This document shows, piece by piece, positions 35,404-47,639 of a DNA stretch of 47,639 nt. Positions within the stretch are counted from its first letter, which is position 1; each line of letters starts with the position of its first letter. Source of the DNA: Octopus bimaculoides (lineage: Eukaryota); the NCBI RefSeq assembly GCF_001194135.2, contig NC_068988.1, forward strand, positions 15,885,999 through 15,933,637, written 5' to 3'. The notes beneath the pieces are model-generated. The model worked only from the letters and a program-made list of their open reading frames with translations. It ran no database searches and was not told the DNA's origin. The position numbers were made by a program, and so were the translations under genes.

Positions 35404-36428
35404 CGACAAAATGAAAACTGATTTTGAAAAAAAAATGAGATGTGATGTATCAATCAAAATGTACGTGTGATTGTCCACCGATTCTGTTTTATTAACATTA
35501 AATTCGGATACAATTGGTATCTTCACCATCTGAAAAGCATTTGTAGAAAATTTCATTTAAATATATCAATTTTTCTGAAAGTTATGATATTGAGAAAACG
35601 AAGTCATGGGGGAGGGTACACTTGCATAGGTATGCTGAAAGGATTTTAAAAGGTATTTAACAGGTATTTCCAACAGGTTAAGCGATAACGTAGAAGCTTC
35701 TTTGAAGTACATATGTGTGTAAGCTACGTGTACATGACGTATATGGCGTATGTGATGCATATGTGTAGATAAGAAGGAAAGAAGGAAAGAGGAGTATCTA
35801 TGCATGTGAAATGTGTACGTGATGTATATATGTGAGTGTGTATGTATTTGAAATGTGTGGGAAAGGCATGCACGTGTGTATATGTGTGCAATTTTGAAGT
35901 GAGAAAATAAACAATATTAAAATGCTAATATTTCTTTTTGATTTTGTTTTTAAAATTAATTCAATGTATTTGTATATTTCTATGTTTACACTTCTTCTCT
36001 CCCCCACCCCCACCTCATTCACGATGTGAAAAGATTTAATTTTAAAACTGTTTCTGACCACAATTTGATGTGACACAACATCGGAAATACTTGGCAAAAT
36101 AAGAGAAAGACTGCGAAAATATTGATTTGAGGAATTTGATAGCTTTATGACGCAAAACTTCTGACGGTTTCTCATGAATGCCATTTGTTTCATTACAAAA
36201 TCAACACTGATAAACACACACAAACACACACACACACACACACACGCACACACACACACATTCACACACACACACACACATTCAAACACACACAAACGCA
36301 TGTACGCACACATACACGCATACACATGCGCAGACACATTCGCACATACACATGCATTCATACAAACACGTACACACCAACACACATGAACATTTATATA
36401 CAAGCATACACGCAAATATACACACATA

Positions 36429-36463
<35 letters not shown>

Positions 36464-36475
36464 AACATACACACA

Positions 36476-36507
<32 letters not shown>

Positions 36508-37258
36508 CATACATACAAATATACATGCATTGTATGTATGTACATATACACATATATACATATATATTGCTTACATACACATATACATGTATTTATAAAC
36601 AAAATGAATGATTTCGATCGAACAAAATTCTGAATAAAAAAAAAAATACAAGCAAAGCCATAAAATAAACACAAGAAAAACACACAAGTAAAACAAACTT
36701 TAAAAAATGGTATTTTCAGCTATTGTTATGTTGACAGTACAAAGCGCAGAAAGTAGAAAGCTAATCCAGGATAAGATAGGGAAGAAAATATTTAGAAAAT
36801 TAAAATATAAAAATACAAAACCAAACATAGCATTAAATTTATGACAGGAAATAAAATAAATTTATTTACACCACGATCGAAGCCATGTTGTTTTGCGCAT
36901 TTTCCTTTTATTTTGTACCGCTTTTCCTTACTTTTTTTTCTTTCTGTTCGTTTTTCGTATTTCGTCATAATCACACTAGACGAGATCAAACTCAGCTTAA
37001 ACTAATATGACACTTTGCTGCTCAGGAAATCATGGAAAATATTCAGTCTAAAGAAGAGTGTTATTCTTCTTCTATCTTAATTTAATTAATTTCAAGAGAA
37101 CAACGCAAAACCTGGATATGAAACAATAATGAATTGCCTTTAGACTTTGGCATTCAGAGCGACATTGTCAGTCATCCTAAGCTTTGTCATCTTCCCAATT
37201 CATTCTCCGCTAAGACCATCATCATCAACGCAAGCTCAGTGTACACCTCATCCCTTTA

Positions 37259-37352
37259 ATTTCTTCTTCTTCTTCTTCTTCTTCTTCTTCTTCTTCTTCT
37301 TCTTCTTCTTCTTCTTCTTCTTCTTCTTCTTCGTCTTCTGTTGCTGCTGCAG

Positions 37353-37404
<52 letters not shown>
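37259..37404. repeat. (TTC)n and (TAC)n microsatellites
   Basis: Direct reading. Confidence 0.96.
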
Positions 37405-37819
37405 NNNNNNNNNNNNNNNNNNNNNNNNNNNNNNNNNNNNNNNNNNNNNNNNNNNNNNNNNNNNNNNNNNNNNNNNNNNNNNNNNNNNNNNNNNNNNNNN
37501 NNNNNNNNNNNNNNNNNNNNNNNNNNNNNNNNNNNNNNNNNNNNNNNNNNNNNNNNNNNNNNNNNNNNNNNNNNNNNNNNNNNNNNNNNNNNNNNNNNNN
37601 NNNNNNNNNNNNNNNNNNNNNNNNNNNNNNNNNNNNNNNNNNNNNNNNNNNNNNNNNNNNNNNNNNNNNNNNNNNNNNNNNNNNNNNNNNNNNNNNNNNN
37701 NNNNNNNNNNNNNNNNNNNNNNNNNNNNNCCCTCCTCACACATCTCCCCGCCTTATCCCCACCTCCCCTCCCTCATGACCATAATAGATGAGCTTTTGTT
37801 TTTTCACAATATTCGGGTG

Positions 37820-38490
37820 TTGACCATTATTACATGTTCTAACACCCATTCATTTGTCCGATGGTCCTTGTAAGAGACTCGTAATATTCTCCAAGACATC
37901 AACATTTTAAATGCAATGATTATATTCTCTTAAAATGTATTCAGAGTTCATGTTTCGCAGCCATAGATGCTTATTGGTTAAATGAGCGTTCGCACTAGCC
38001 TTGTTTTTAACTTAGTTGGGACATTTTTGCTGCTCTAGCCGTTATTAAGCTTCACCACGGACGTTCTTGTCTTAATATCTGACTTACATGAGGCTTCATC
38101 ATAGATTTGAGCTCCAAGATACTTGTACAATTGTACAATTGTACACTCACTATCTAGTTTGATGTTAGCATTTACTTTCTTTTCTTCTACAACCATGACT
38201 TTTGTTTTCATATAGCGGAAATAAAGACCATGCATATTTGATACATTCTCAACTCTGTTTATCATTTCTTTTAGTTCGGCTTCAGTCTTGGCAAGTGGAT
38301 CAATCTCGTCTGTATACTTCAGATAAGAAAAATGCAAGCTTTGTATTTTGGTGCCATCTTCTTCCTGTATTGCATTTAGCATTATACTCTGAGTGTAGGT
38401 GCTGAACAAGTATGGAGAAAGAACACAGCCCTGACGAACTCCTTTCCTAATTTTGTACTTTTCTGTCCTCAAACTTACTCGAATGCAATT
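37820..38490 (-). pseudogene. RTE-clade LINE reverse transcriptase fragment
   Basis: KIRKGVRQGCVLSPYLFSTYT, LKYTDEI (decayed YADD), KTKVMV, YKYLGAQI, then IYGCE/WTL-like motifs in shifted frames. Confidence 0.85.
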
Positions 38491-38665
38491 ATATATTCAC
38501 GAATCAATGCAAATAAAGAAAGCTAGCTCACTTGAATTTCATAGGTGCACCACCGTTTGAAAACAATATGTATGTCTCTTGTATGTATGTATGTCACTTG
38601 TATGTATGTATGTCTCTTGTATGTATGTATGTCTCTTGTATGTATGTATGTCTCTTGTATGTATG

Positions 38666-38696
<31 letters not shown>

Positions 38697-38805
38697 GCCG
38701 GAATGTTTGTATGCCTGTATGTCTGTCCCTCTCACATATACGGAAGTTCTCGTTGGCTCGTAAGGCTCCTTTGTTAATGTCGTGTAGTATTAATAGTAGT
38801 TATAA

Positions 38806-38847
<42 letters not shown>

Positions 38848-39885
38848 CATTAGTAGTAGTAGCATTAGTAGTAGTAGTAGNNNNNNNNNNNNNNNNNNNN
38901 NNNNNNNNNNNNNNNNNNNNNNNNNNNNNNNNNNNNNNNNNNNNNNNNNNNNNNNNNNNNNNNNNNNNNNNNNNNNNNNNNNNNNNNNNNNNNNNNNNNN
39001 NNNNNNNNNNNNNNNNNNNNNNNNNNNNNNNNNNNNNNNNNNNNNNNNNNNNNNNNNNNNNNNNNNNNNNNNNNNNNNNNNNNNNNNNNNNNNNNNNNNN
39101 NNNNNNNNNNNNNNNNNNNNNNNNNNNNNNNNNNNNNNNNNNNNNNNNNNNNNNNNNNNNNNNNNNNNNNNNNNNNNNNNNNNNNNNNNNNNNNNNNNNN
39201 NNNNNNNNNNNNNNNNNNNNNNNNNNNNNNNNNNNNNNNNNNNNNNNNNNNNNNNNNNNNNNNNNNNNNNNNNNNNNNNNNNNNNNNNNNNNNNNNNNNN
39301 NNNNNNNNNNNNNNCGTGTAATTGGCTATAGAAATGCTTGTGCAAAACAACTTTTTGCGCTGCCCTGGTTATATACATAGCAGGGTAATCCCTTTTCACA
39401 GGAGCTAGGATGGCAATTTGTGATGAAGCAATTGCTGGCGATCTGTTGCTAAACAGTTTTGTCAGAATTCTATCAGATTGGGCAGAAGGTGTTGATGCAC
39501 CATTTTGCATTATGTTCAAAATAGCTACTGGAATGTGGTGAATTGCTGCAGTCTGTGGCTGTCATTTTAAACCGGTTGCTGTCTTTCCCCAGCAAACTCT
39601 CTTCTTTGGAGGCATAGTCTATGTATATATTAAACAGAACAACAAAAGTTATAATAGATGGCAGGGTCGGTACTTTTCAGCGATATTACAAGAAACTGAA
39701 CATCAATGTGCGTCAATACATAATGATATACATAATAATGTATAAGAATGAGGGACAAAGATAGATTGGACGATAGATAAAATTTGATATTCTATATATA
39801 TCCTTTAAACATAAATCGAAATATATCAAAGTGTTATTCATTTCCATGTATATACTTTCATGCATTCATACGTACATATATCATA

Positions 39886-39937
<52 letters not shown>

Positions 39938-41351
39938 TACACACAAATACACACTTGTGAACACATACGCACATAGATATACACACATGCGCACACACAT
40001 GTACACACACACAGAGACAGGCACATACACTCACACACATACATGTATACATGTACATAATGCACGTGAATTTGTGTGTGAGTATATACGTATAAGTATG
40101 TACGCGCACACACGCACACATGTATATACATATGTTATAATTAAATATGCTTGTCTGTATACACACATAAACACACACACACATAGACGCGCATGCTGCT
40201 TCTTTATACAAAACTATATACACACAGAAACACAATATATATATATATATATACATATATATCGAAATGCATATGCACACACTAGTAAATATATATACAC
40301 AAGTAAAAGTGTGTGTGTGAGTACCCGCGCGCACATGCACGCACACATACACGCACACATACACATAAATATACAAATATGTTAAATGCCTCTCTCTCTT
40401 CANNNNNNNNNNNNNNNNNNNNNNNNNNNNNNNNNNNNNNNNNNNNNNNNNNNNNNNNNNNNNNNNNNNNNNNNNNNNNNNNNNNNNNNNNNNNNNNNNN
40501 NNNNNNNNNNNNNNNNNNNNNNNNNNNNNNNNNNNNNNNNNNNNNNNNNNNNNNNNNNNNNNNNNNNNNNNNNNNNNNNNNNNNNNNNNNNNNNNNNNNN
40601 NNNNNNNNNNNNNNNNNNNNNNNNNNNNNNNNNNNNNNNNNNNNNNNNNNNNNNNNNNNNNNNNNNNNNNNNNNNNNNNNNNNNNNNNNNNNNNNNNNNN
40701 NNNNNNNNNNNNNNNNNNNNNNNNNNNNNNNNNNNNNNNNNNNNNNNNNNNNNNNNNNNNNNNNNNNNNNNNNNNNNNNNNNNNNNNNNNNNNNNNNNNN
40801 NNNNNNNNNNNNNNNNNNNNNNNNNNNNNNNNNNNNNNNNNNNNNNNNNNNNNNNNNNNNNNNNNNNNNNNNNNNNNNNNNNNNNNNNNNNNNNNNNNNN
40901 NNNNNNNNNNNNNNNNNNNNNNNNNNNNNNNNNNNNNNNNNNNNNNNNNNNNNNNNNNNNNNNNNNNNNNNNNNNNNNNNNNNNNNNNNNNNNNNNNNNN
41001 NNNNNNNNNNNNNNNNNNNNNNNNNNNNNNNNNNNNNNNNNNNNNNNNNNNNNNNNNNNNNNNNNNNNNNNNNNNNNNNNNNNNNNNNNNNNNNNNNNNN
41101 NNNNNNNNNNNNNNNNNNNNNNNNNNNNNNNNNNNNNNNNNNNNNNNNNNNNNNNNNNNNNNNNNNNNNNNNNNNNNNNNNNNNNNNNNNNNNNNNNNNN
41201 NNNNNNNNNNNNNNNNNNNNNNNNNNNNNNNNNNNNNNNNNNNNNNNNNNNNNNNNNNNNNNNNNNNNNNNNNNNNNNNNNNNNNNNNNNNNNNNNNNNN
41301 NNNNNNNNNNNNNNNNNNNNNNNNNNNNNNNNNNNNNNNNNNNNNNNNNNN

Positions 41352-41394
<43 letters not shown>

Positions 41395-41395
<1 letters not shown>

Positions 41396-41620
41396 AGGGT
41401 GTGTGTGTTTGTTTGTCTGTGTTTGTCTCCCAACCATCGCTTGACAACCGGTGTCAGTGTGCTTACGTCCCTGTAACTTAGCGGTTCAGCAAAAAAGACT
41501 GATAGAATAAGTACTAGGCTTACAGAGAATAAGTACTGGACTCGATTTGTTCGACTGAATGTGGTGCTCTAGCATGGCCGCAGTCAAATGACTGAAACAA
41601 GTAAACGAATAAAAGAATAA
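41395..41620 (+). mobile_element. Family B SINE 3' module
   Basis: Matches 3780-3995; its 5' part probably lies in the preceding gap. Confidence 0.85.
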
Positions 41621-42337
41621 AAGAATATATATTACACATCTAGTGATACATAAACATATAAAATACATACATACATCCTTATACTGGGATGCAGACACTG
41701 ATACGCATATACAGAAATAGTTCATCGATTTTTATTCCCTATTTCATTCCATATTTATATGTAAAATAATAAAGATATTGAAGAGATTCTCTCGATGTCA
41801 GTGAAATATAACGATTCATTTAAAATGTAAAGAAAATAGAAGAATATATAAGGAGAAAAAACAAATCAGTTCTTATTGGCATATTAAATGATCAATGAAT
41901 TTTAATAAACAATCTTAACAGACAATTTTGTCAGCTTTTGTGATACTACATTCTGAGACCTATTGACGTAATAACAAATCTTTCAGTGCCATTTCATTGC
42001 CGTTCGATCAGTTAGAGAAACGAATGCCAAATAACTACCACCAATGAATGAAACAAAATATAAATAAAATGAAATATACATCAACAAAAATATTAATTCA
42101 TTTACTAGTTTAGTTGTCACAAGATACATTAACTTTCTTTTACCTTCGTTTTTTTCTTTCATTTTAGTACCAAAATGGAAGCCTTTGTATACTTTTTTGA
42201 CCTTAGAAATATCATTTGAATTTCCATTAATTCAAAGTGTTACGTCTTAACGAAAATGTAGAGATATTATCTGTACTAGTGCAGTGCCAAGTGACCAAAC
42301 AATAATATTATCCACATTTAACAGATAAATGTATGAA

Positions 42338-42723
42338 GTTTGGTTGGCACTCCGTCGGTTACGACGACGAGGGTTCCAGTTGATCCGATCAACGGAACAG
42401 CCTGCCCATGAAATTAACGTGCAAGTGGTTGAGCACTCCACAGACACGTGTACTCTTAACGTAATTTTCGGGGAAATTCAGCGTGAAACAGAGTGTGACA
42501 AGGCTGGCCCTTTGAAATACAGGTACAACAGAAACAGGAAGTAAGAGTGAGAAGAAGTTGTGGGGAAACATTATAGCAGGGTTCGCCACCATCCCCTGCC
42601 GGAACCTCGTGGAACTTTGTGTTTTCGCTCAATAAACACTCACAATGCCTGGTCTGGGGATCGAAACCGCGATCCTAGGATCGCGAGTCTGCTGTCCTAA
42701 CCACTGGGCCATTGCACCTCCAC
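42338..42723 (-). mobile_element. Full-length family A SINE, more diverged
   Basis: Reverse complement of family A; 7-bp TSD GTATGAA at 42331-42337 and 42724-42730. Confidence 0.88.
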
Positions 42724-42795
42724 GTATGAACGTTATACAGTAATAAAAGCAAAAGAAACAATTGCATCTTTTCATGGTGAGGTACTTTAATTAAC

Positions 42796-43107
42796 TGGCA
42801 CTCCGTCGGTTACGACGACGAGTGCTCCAGTTGATCCGACCAATAGAACAGCCTTCTCTATGAAATTAACGTGCAAGTGGCTGAGCTCTTCACAGACACG
42901 TGTACCCTTAATGTAGTTCCCAGGAGGATTCAACGGAACACACCGAATTTGACAAGGGCTGGCCCTTTGAAATACAGGTTCAACACATTTTTGCTAGCTG
43001 AGTAAACAGGAGTAACGTGATATAGTGTCTTGCCGCAGCCGGGTATCGAACTCACGACCCCACAATCGTGAGCCGAATACCCTAACCACCAAACCACGCG
43101 CCTACAC
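42796..43107 (-). mobile_element. Chimeric SINE: family D head with family A 3' module
   Basis: 43107-42985 is D-type (GTGTAGGCGCGTGG..GCAAGACACT); 42985-42796 is homologous to the A 3' 190 bp. Confidence 0.8.
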
Positions 43108-43193
43108 ATCGGGTACTTTAGAACTGTTGCGAATATCAGAGAAAGGCAAGGTAAAAAAAAAACAAAAGAACCCTAAAAAACCGTCATCTTAGA

Positions 43194-43425
43194 TCAGTGG
43201 ACCCCAAAAATCTTTCATCAAGGACCGGTTTCAAGACAAGTTTTCTATGGACTAAAAATCACGTACGTAACATAAAACACAATAGAATACATAATGTTTA
43301 ATTTAATTATTACATATATAATGCAGAAACACCCTACGAACTGCGACAGTCAATAAGATAGAAATAAAACTTTAAAATTTATTCTTTCTGTGCAGCCCGG
43401 TATCAAATAATCTACGGGCCAGTAC
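43194..43425. mobile_element. hAT/Charlie (MER1-like) MITE relic
   Basis: CAGTGGACCCCAA..AGGACCGGTTTC..TTTCTATGGAC and TTTCTGTGCAGCCCGGTA resemble MER1-type sequence (recalled, not searched). Confidence 0.5.
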
Positions 43426-43428
43426 TAG

Positions 43429-43745
43429 AGATGGAAGTCAGTAGGTACTAAATCTGGCGATTAGAGCAGGTGAAGAAGCGATACCATGTTTTTGACGAAA
43501 ACTCACAAGTGAGGAGAGCTTGGCGGCAGCGTACATTGTCGTCGTGAAGAATTCAGTTATTCCGGCTCCACAGTTCTGGTTGCTTTCGATGAATGTCCTC
43601 ACTCAAACGCTTCAAAACATTACAGCAGATTTCCTGATTGACGGTCTGGCTCTGCAGGATGAATTCTTGATGCACGTTACCATATTTTCGGGAGTGACGC
43701 TCGTGGCAGGTCTTCCAGATTGCTCATCATCTTCCAATATTGTAG
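43429..43745 (-). pseudogene. Mariner transposase relic with internal deletion
   Basis: EDDEQSGRPATSVTPEN joined to VHQEFILQSQTVNQEICCNVLKRLSEDIHRKQPELW..ILHDDN, then SPDLVPTDFHL. Confidence 0.88.
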
Positions 43746-44675
43746 TCGTATTAAAGAGAAAAATCATTGGACTTAGCAATGGTATTGTTCTCAAGTGGGC
43801 ATGGGCGGTAACTCCGGAGTTCAAATTGATTAAAAATTAATTGTAGTGAGGCACAAGAGTGGGGAATTAATCCTGGGTAACATCAGAAATACTTTGGTCA
43901 TATTAGGCCTCCACATCGAAGTTTTAGATATTCTTGACAGAATGGAATCATGGAGAGGATAAAAATTTTCTGTGTAAAATATTGAATAATTAAGAAATAT
44001 AAAATACACTCATGATAACATTTCCTAGCTTTGATAAACGTAAAGCAGATAAGATCAATTCCATTCTAAGTCGCTAGTCAATCCCTAGAGCCTTTCTCAT
44101 TAAGAGAGAAACTAAAAGTTAGCCATCAGTACTGTAAACCTGTTAAACGTTTTTATATTTCACTTGAGGGTAAAATTTCTAATCAACTTTCTTCTGGATA
44201 AAGGAAAACCAAAATAAAGGCATTTCTGAATATTATCTTGCTGATAATTTTCAGGTATGTTCCTTGTCCGTTTATGTCCTTTGCTACAATTTGCGGTTTT
44301 AAATGAAGAGATAAAACAGCAACACATTGTAGCGATGCAGCATTGGTGTATCGAAACTATTTTTTAAATGAAAATACTACTGAGATGATTGGGGCTATTG
44401 GCTTTTGGCTCGGATGAAGGACGATAGGCTCAGCAGACAACTGTTATAGGTTCAACTTTGAAACAGCAAATACATTGAATATTACCCCCCTTAACGTCGT
44501 AAGGATAAAATTTCGACTGATTCGATTTTGTTTCGGATGTGACCCGAGTATATGACATTGACAAGCTGCTACAACAGCGAAATGGATATCTGTCTCTCGG
44601 TCACTCCTGAGTCAATTTCTTACCGGACGAAAACTGCAACTTCTGACTTTTCAATTATATATATGTGTGTGTGTG

Positions 44676-44762
<87 letters not shown>

Positions 44763-44895
44763 AATATATATACATATATATATATACACTTAGTATGCTA
44801 TATATATACATACATACACACATGCATATGGATATATATATAGATGTGTGTGTGTGTGTGTTTGTATAAATACACAGACACGTGCATATATATAT

Positions 44896-45879
44896 CAGCT
44901 CTTTGAAACGCCGGTGTTAAAACGGGGGTAGCTGATGAAGAAGAATGTTCTCTATGTGGCTTGTGTGTTTTCTCGTCTACGTTTTGTTTGCAATGTCCTG
45001 TACCCAGATATGCACCTATACATACAGGTGGATGTCGGTATGCACATACCTGTACGTATATATGCATATACTCATTTACTATTTGTTTTTACATGACCGA
45101 ACGCAGCGTCACCAATCTGTAAGTAGTTTTCGCAACTTTATATTTTCCGACGCTACTCTACCTCTTTCTCTTTCTCTTCCTCTTCAATTTTCCCCCCTCT
45201 CGTTCTTCCTCTGTTTACTACTACGTATCTCTCTTTACCCCTCTCGTTCTTCCTCTGTTACTACTACGTATCTCCCTTCCCCCCCTCGTACTTCCTCTCT
45301 TCCTCTTTTCCTCTCGTTGCTCACCTATTCTTCTACTTCCTCCCTTTGTTTCTCCCTCTACCACTCTCTCTCTCTNNNNNNNNNNNNNNNNNNNNNNNNN
45401 NNNNNNNNNNNNNNNNNNNNNNNNNNNNNNNNNNNNNNNNNNNNNNNNNNNNNNNNNNNNNNNNNNNNNNNNNNNNNNNNNNNNNNNNNNNNNNNNNNNN
45501 NNNNNNNNNNNNNNNNNNNNNNNNNCATACACATAATTTTTCCCGTCTGGCCGTATAGCCTTTTCTGTTTGCTTTCCTGTCTTGTTTTTCGTCCGCCACT
45601 ACATTTCTCCATGGCAAGGTTTAATTTGTGTATACAAATTTAATTTGCGGTCCATGGGAAGAGCCGTTTTAGCGATGCGTCCTGCCCAGCTCTTCGAAAC
45701 GCCGGTGTTAAAACGGGGGTAGCTGATGAAGAAGAACGTTCTCTATGTGACTTGTGTGTTTTCTCGTCTACGTTTTGTTTGCAATGTCCTGTACCCAGAT
45801 ATGCACCTATAAATACAGGTGGATGTCGGTATGCACATACCTGTACGTATATATGCATATACTCATTTACTATTTGTTT
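44896..45879 (+). repeat. 193-bp direct repeat pair (44896-45088 and 45687-45879), LTR or pseudo-LTR-like
   Basis: Copies differ at about 4 positions, offset 791 bp, different flanks. A gap lies between them. Confidence 0.8.
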
Positions 45880-46569
45880 ATATATATATATCTATATATC
45901 TATATATATAAACTGTGTAGAAACCCCTTTATCTAAATATATATAAAGGGGTTTCTACACAGTTTCCATGCAAAAAATTGAAAGCACAGCATATTGATCA
46001 GCCCCCCCCACACACACAAATGCGCCTTGATCAGTCCTAAAGGTCGCGATATAATTTCGATTTATAACCGGAAACTTTTCACTTAAATCATGACTGCTTC
46101 TAGCAAAGCTTCAGCATTTCATTTCTTTTCGTCACGAATTTAGTTTCCTATATGTAAGTAGATCTAACAGCAGCATCATCAACAACAACAACAACAGTCC
46201 ATTTCTGTCTCTCTCATGCACACACACACACACACACAAACAAACACGAGTGCACACGCACACATACACTCTACGTAGTAGACTTACGATCATGGCAAAA
46301 TTAACTATTTTTTCGTAGACTGAAAACGCAATGCCTAGCCTTAATGGATTTTCGAACCTTAACGGGTCTACATCAGTTGACCACTCCTAGAGAAATAAAC
46401 AGCCGAATTGTTTACATACTCGACAAATTTAGTAGCTACAAAATACTGGTGTAACTAATTTGCATACCTTAAATGTTTCATACTTTACTTAATATCATCG
46501 GCCTGTCAGCGGGGATTGCAGCCAGCACGTTATTATGGTATGATCAACATACATACTCAACTAAGTATT

Positions 46570-46739
46570 CGTTATACTTTTCCAAACCTACATGGTTCCG
46601 GGTTCAATCCCACTGCGTGGTACTTTGGGCTAGTGTCTTCTGCTATAGCCTTGGGCAGACCAAGCCTTGTGATTGGATTCGGTAGACGGAAACTGAAAGA
46701 AGCCCGTCATATATACACACACATATATATATATATATA
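46570..46739 (+). mobile_element. Family B SINE 5' module running into a gap
   Basis: CATGGTTCCGGGTTCAATCCCACTGCGTGG..GAAAGAAGCCCGTC. Confidence 0.82.
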
Positions 46740-47373
46740 NNNNNNNNNNNNNNNNNNNNNNNNNNNNNNNNNNNNNNNNNNNNNNNNNNNNNNNNNNNNN
46801 NNNNNNNNNNNNNNNNNNNNNNNNNNNNNNNNNNNNNNNNNNNNNNNNNNNNNNNNNNNNNNNNNNNNNNNNNNNNNNNNNNNNNNNNNNNNNNNNNNNN
46901 NNNNNNNNNNNNNNNNNNNNNNNNNNNNNNNNNNNNNNNNNNNNNNNNNNNNNNNNNNNNNNNNNNNNNNNNNNNNNNNNNNNNNNNNNNNNNNNNNNNN
47001 NNNNNNNNNNNNNNNNNNNNNNNNNNNNNNNNNNNNNNNNNNNNNNNNNNNNNNNNNNNNNNNNNNNNNNNNNNNNNNNNNNNNNNNNNNNNNNNNNNNN
47101 NNNNNNNNNNNNNNNNNNNNNNNNNNNNNNNNNNNNNNNNNNNNNNNNNNNNNNNNNNNNNNNNNNNNNNNNNNNNNNNNNNNNNNNNNNNNNNNNNNNN
47201 NNNNNNNNNNNNNNNNNNNNNNNNNNNNNNNNNNNNNNNNNNNNNNNNNNNNNNNNNNNNNNNNNNNNNNNNNNNNNNNNNNNNNNNNNNNNNNNNNNNN
47301 NNNNNNNNNNNNNNNNNNNNNNNNNNNNNNNNNNNNNNNNNNNNNNNNNNNNNNNNNNNNNNNNNNNNNNNNN

Positions 47374-47392
47374 CTGTCTCTGTCTCTCTCTG

Positions 47393-47423
<31 letters not shown>

Positions 47424-47556
47424 GTCTCTGTCTCTCTCTCTCTCTGTCTCTCTCTGTCTCTGTCTCTCTCTGTCTCTGTCTCTCTCCGTCTCTCTCTGTC
47501 TCTGTCTCTGTCTGTCTCTGTCTCTCTCCGTCTCTCTCTGTCTCTGTCTCTCTCCG

Positions 47557-47587
<31 letters not shown>

Positions 47588-47639
47588 GTCTCTGTCTCTC
47601 TCTGTCTCTGTCTCTGTCTGTCTCTGTCTTTGTCTCTCT
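47374..47639. repeat. Compound (CT)n/(CTGT)n microsatellite
   Basis: Direct reading. Confidence 0.95.

Noticed and set aside
38570-38700. Short tandem unit GTATGTATGTATGTCTCTT
   Set aside because: Ordinary interrupted (TATG)n microsatellite.
39858-41476. Long ORFs of 336-529 aa, and similar ones over other gaps
   Set aside because: They are open only because N runs contain no stops; the flanks are dinucleotide repeats.
45657-45716. HDV-like ribozyme from the GAAGAGC/GCTCTTC and CGTTTTA/TAAAACG pseudoknot
   Set aside because: No P3 adjacent to P1, no P1.1 GG and no J4/2 catalytic C.

Overview
AT-rich, repeat-dense eukaryotic DNA from a draft assembly with 11 N-gaps, nearly all next to microsatellites. 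The repeat repertoire suggests a cephalopod, probably Octopus (inference, no database search run). I can support no intact protein-coding gene, and most listed ORFs are microsatellite or N-gap artefacts. The window holds about 30 copies or fragments of four tRNA-headed SINE-like families (labelled A-D here), which show module swapping and nesting. It also holds decayed R4/Dong-type RLE LINE pieces (RT and endonuclease end), an RTE-type RT fragment, a possible Tx1/L1 ORF1 relic, a Helitron PIF1 helicase relic, mariner, Tigger and hAT relics or MITEs, and many microsatellites. Best leads: (1) three separate loci with Penelope-type minimal hammerhead-ribozyme-like motifs, all deviating from the canonical core, one inside a 193-bp direct-repeat pair; (2) a SINE 3' module exchanged at one recurrent junction; (3) a 105-bp-arm fold-back insertion with a 12-bp TSD; (4) a strand-specific pre-miRNA-like hairpin; (5) a 21-bp heptad-coding-like tandem array; (6) a few isolated exon candidates. 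All analysis was by eye, so coordinates can be off by a few bases.
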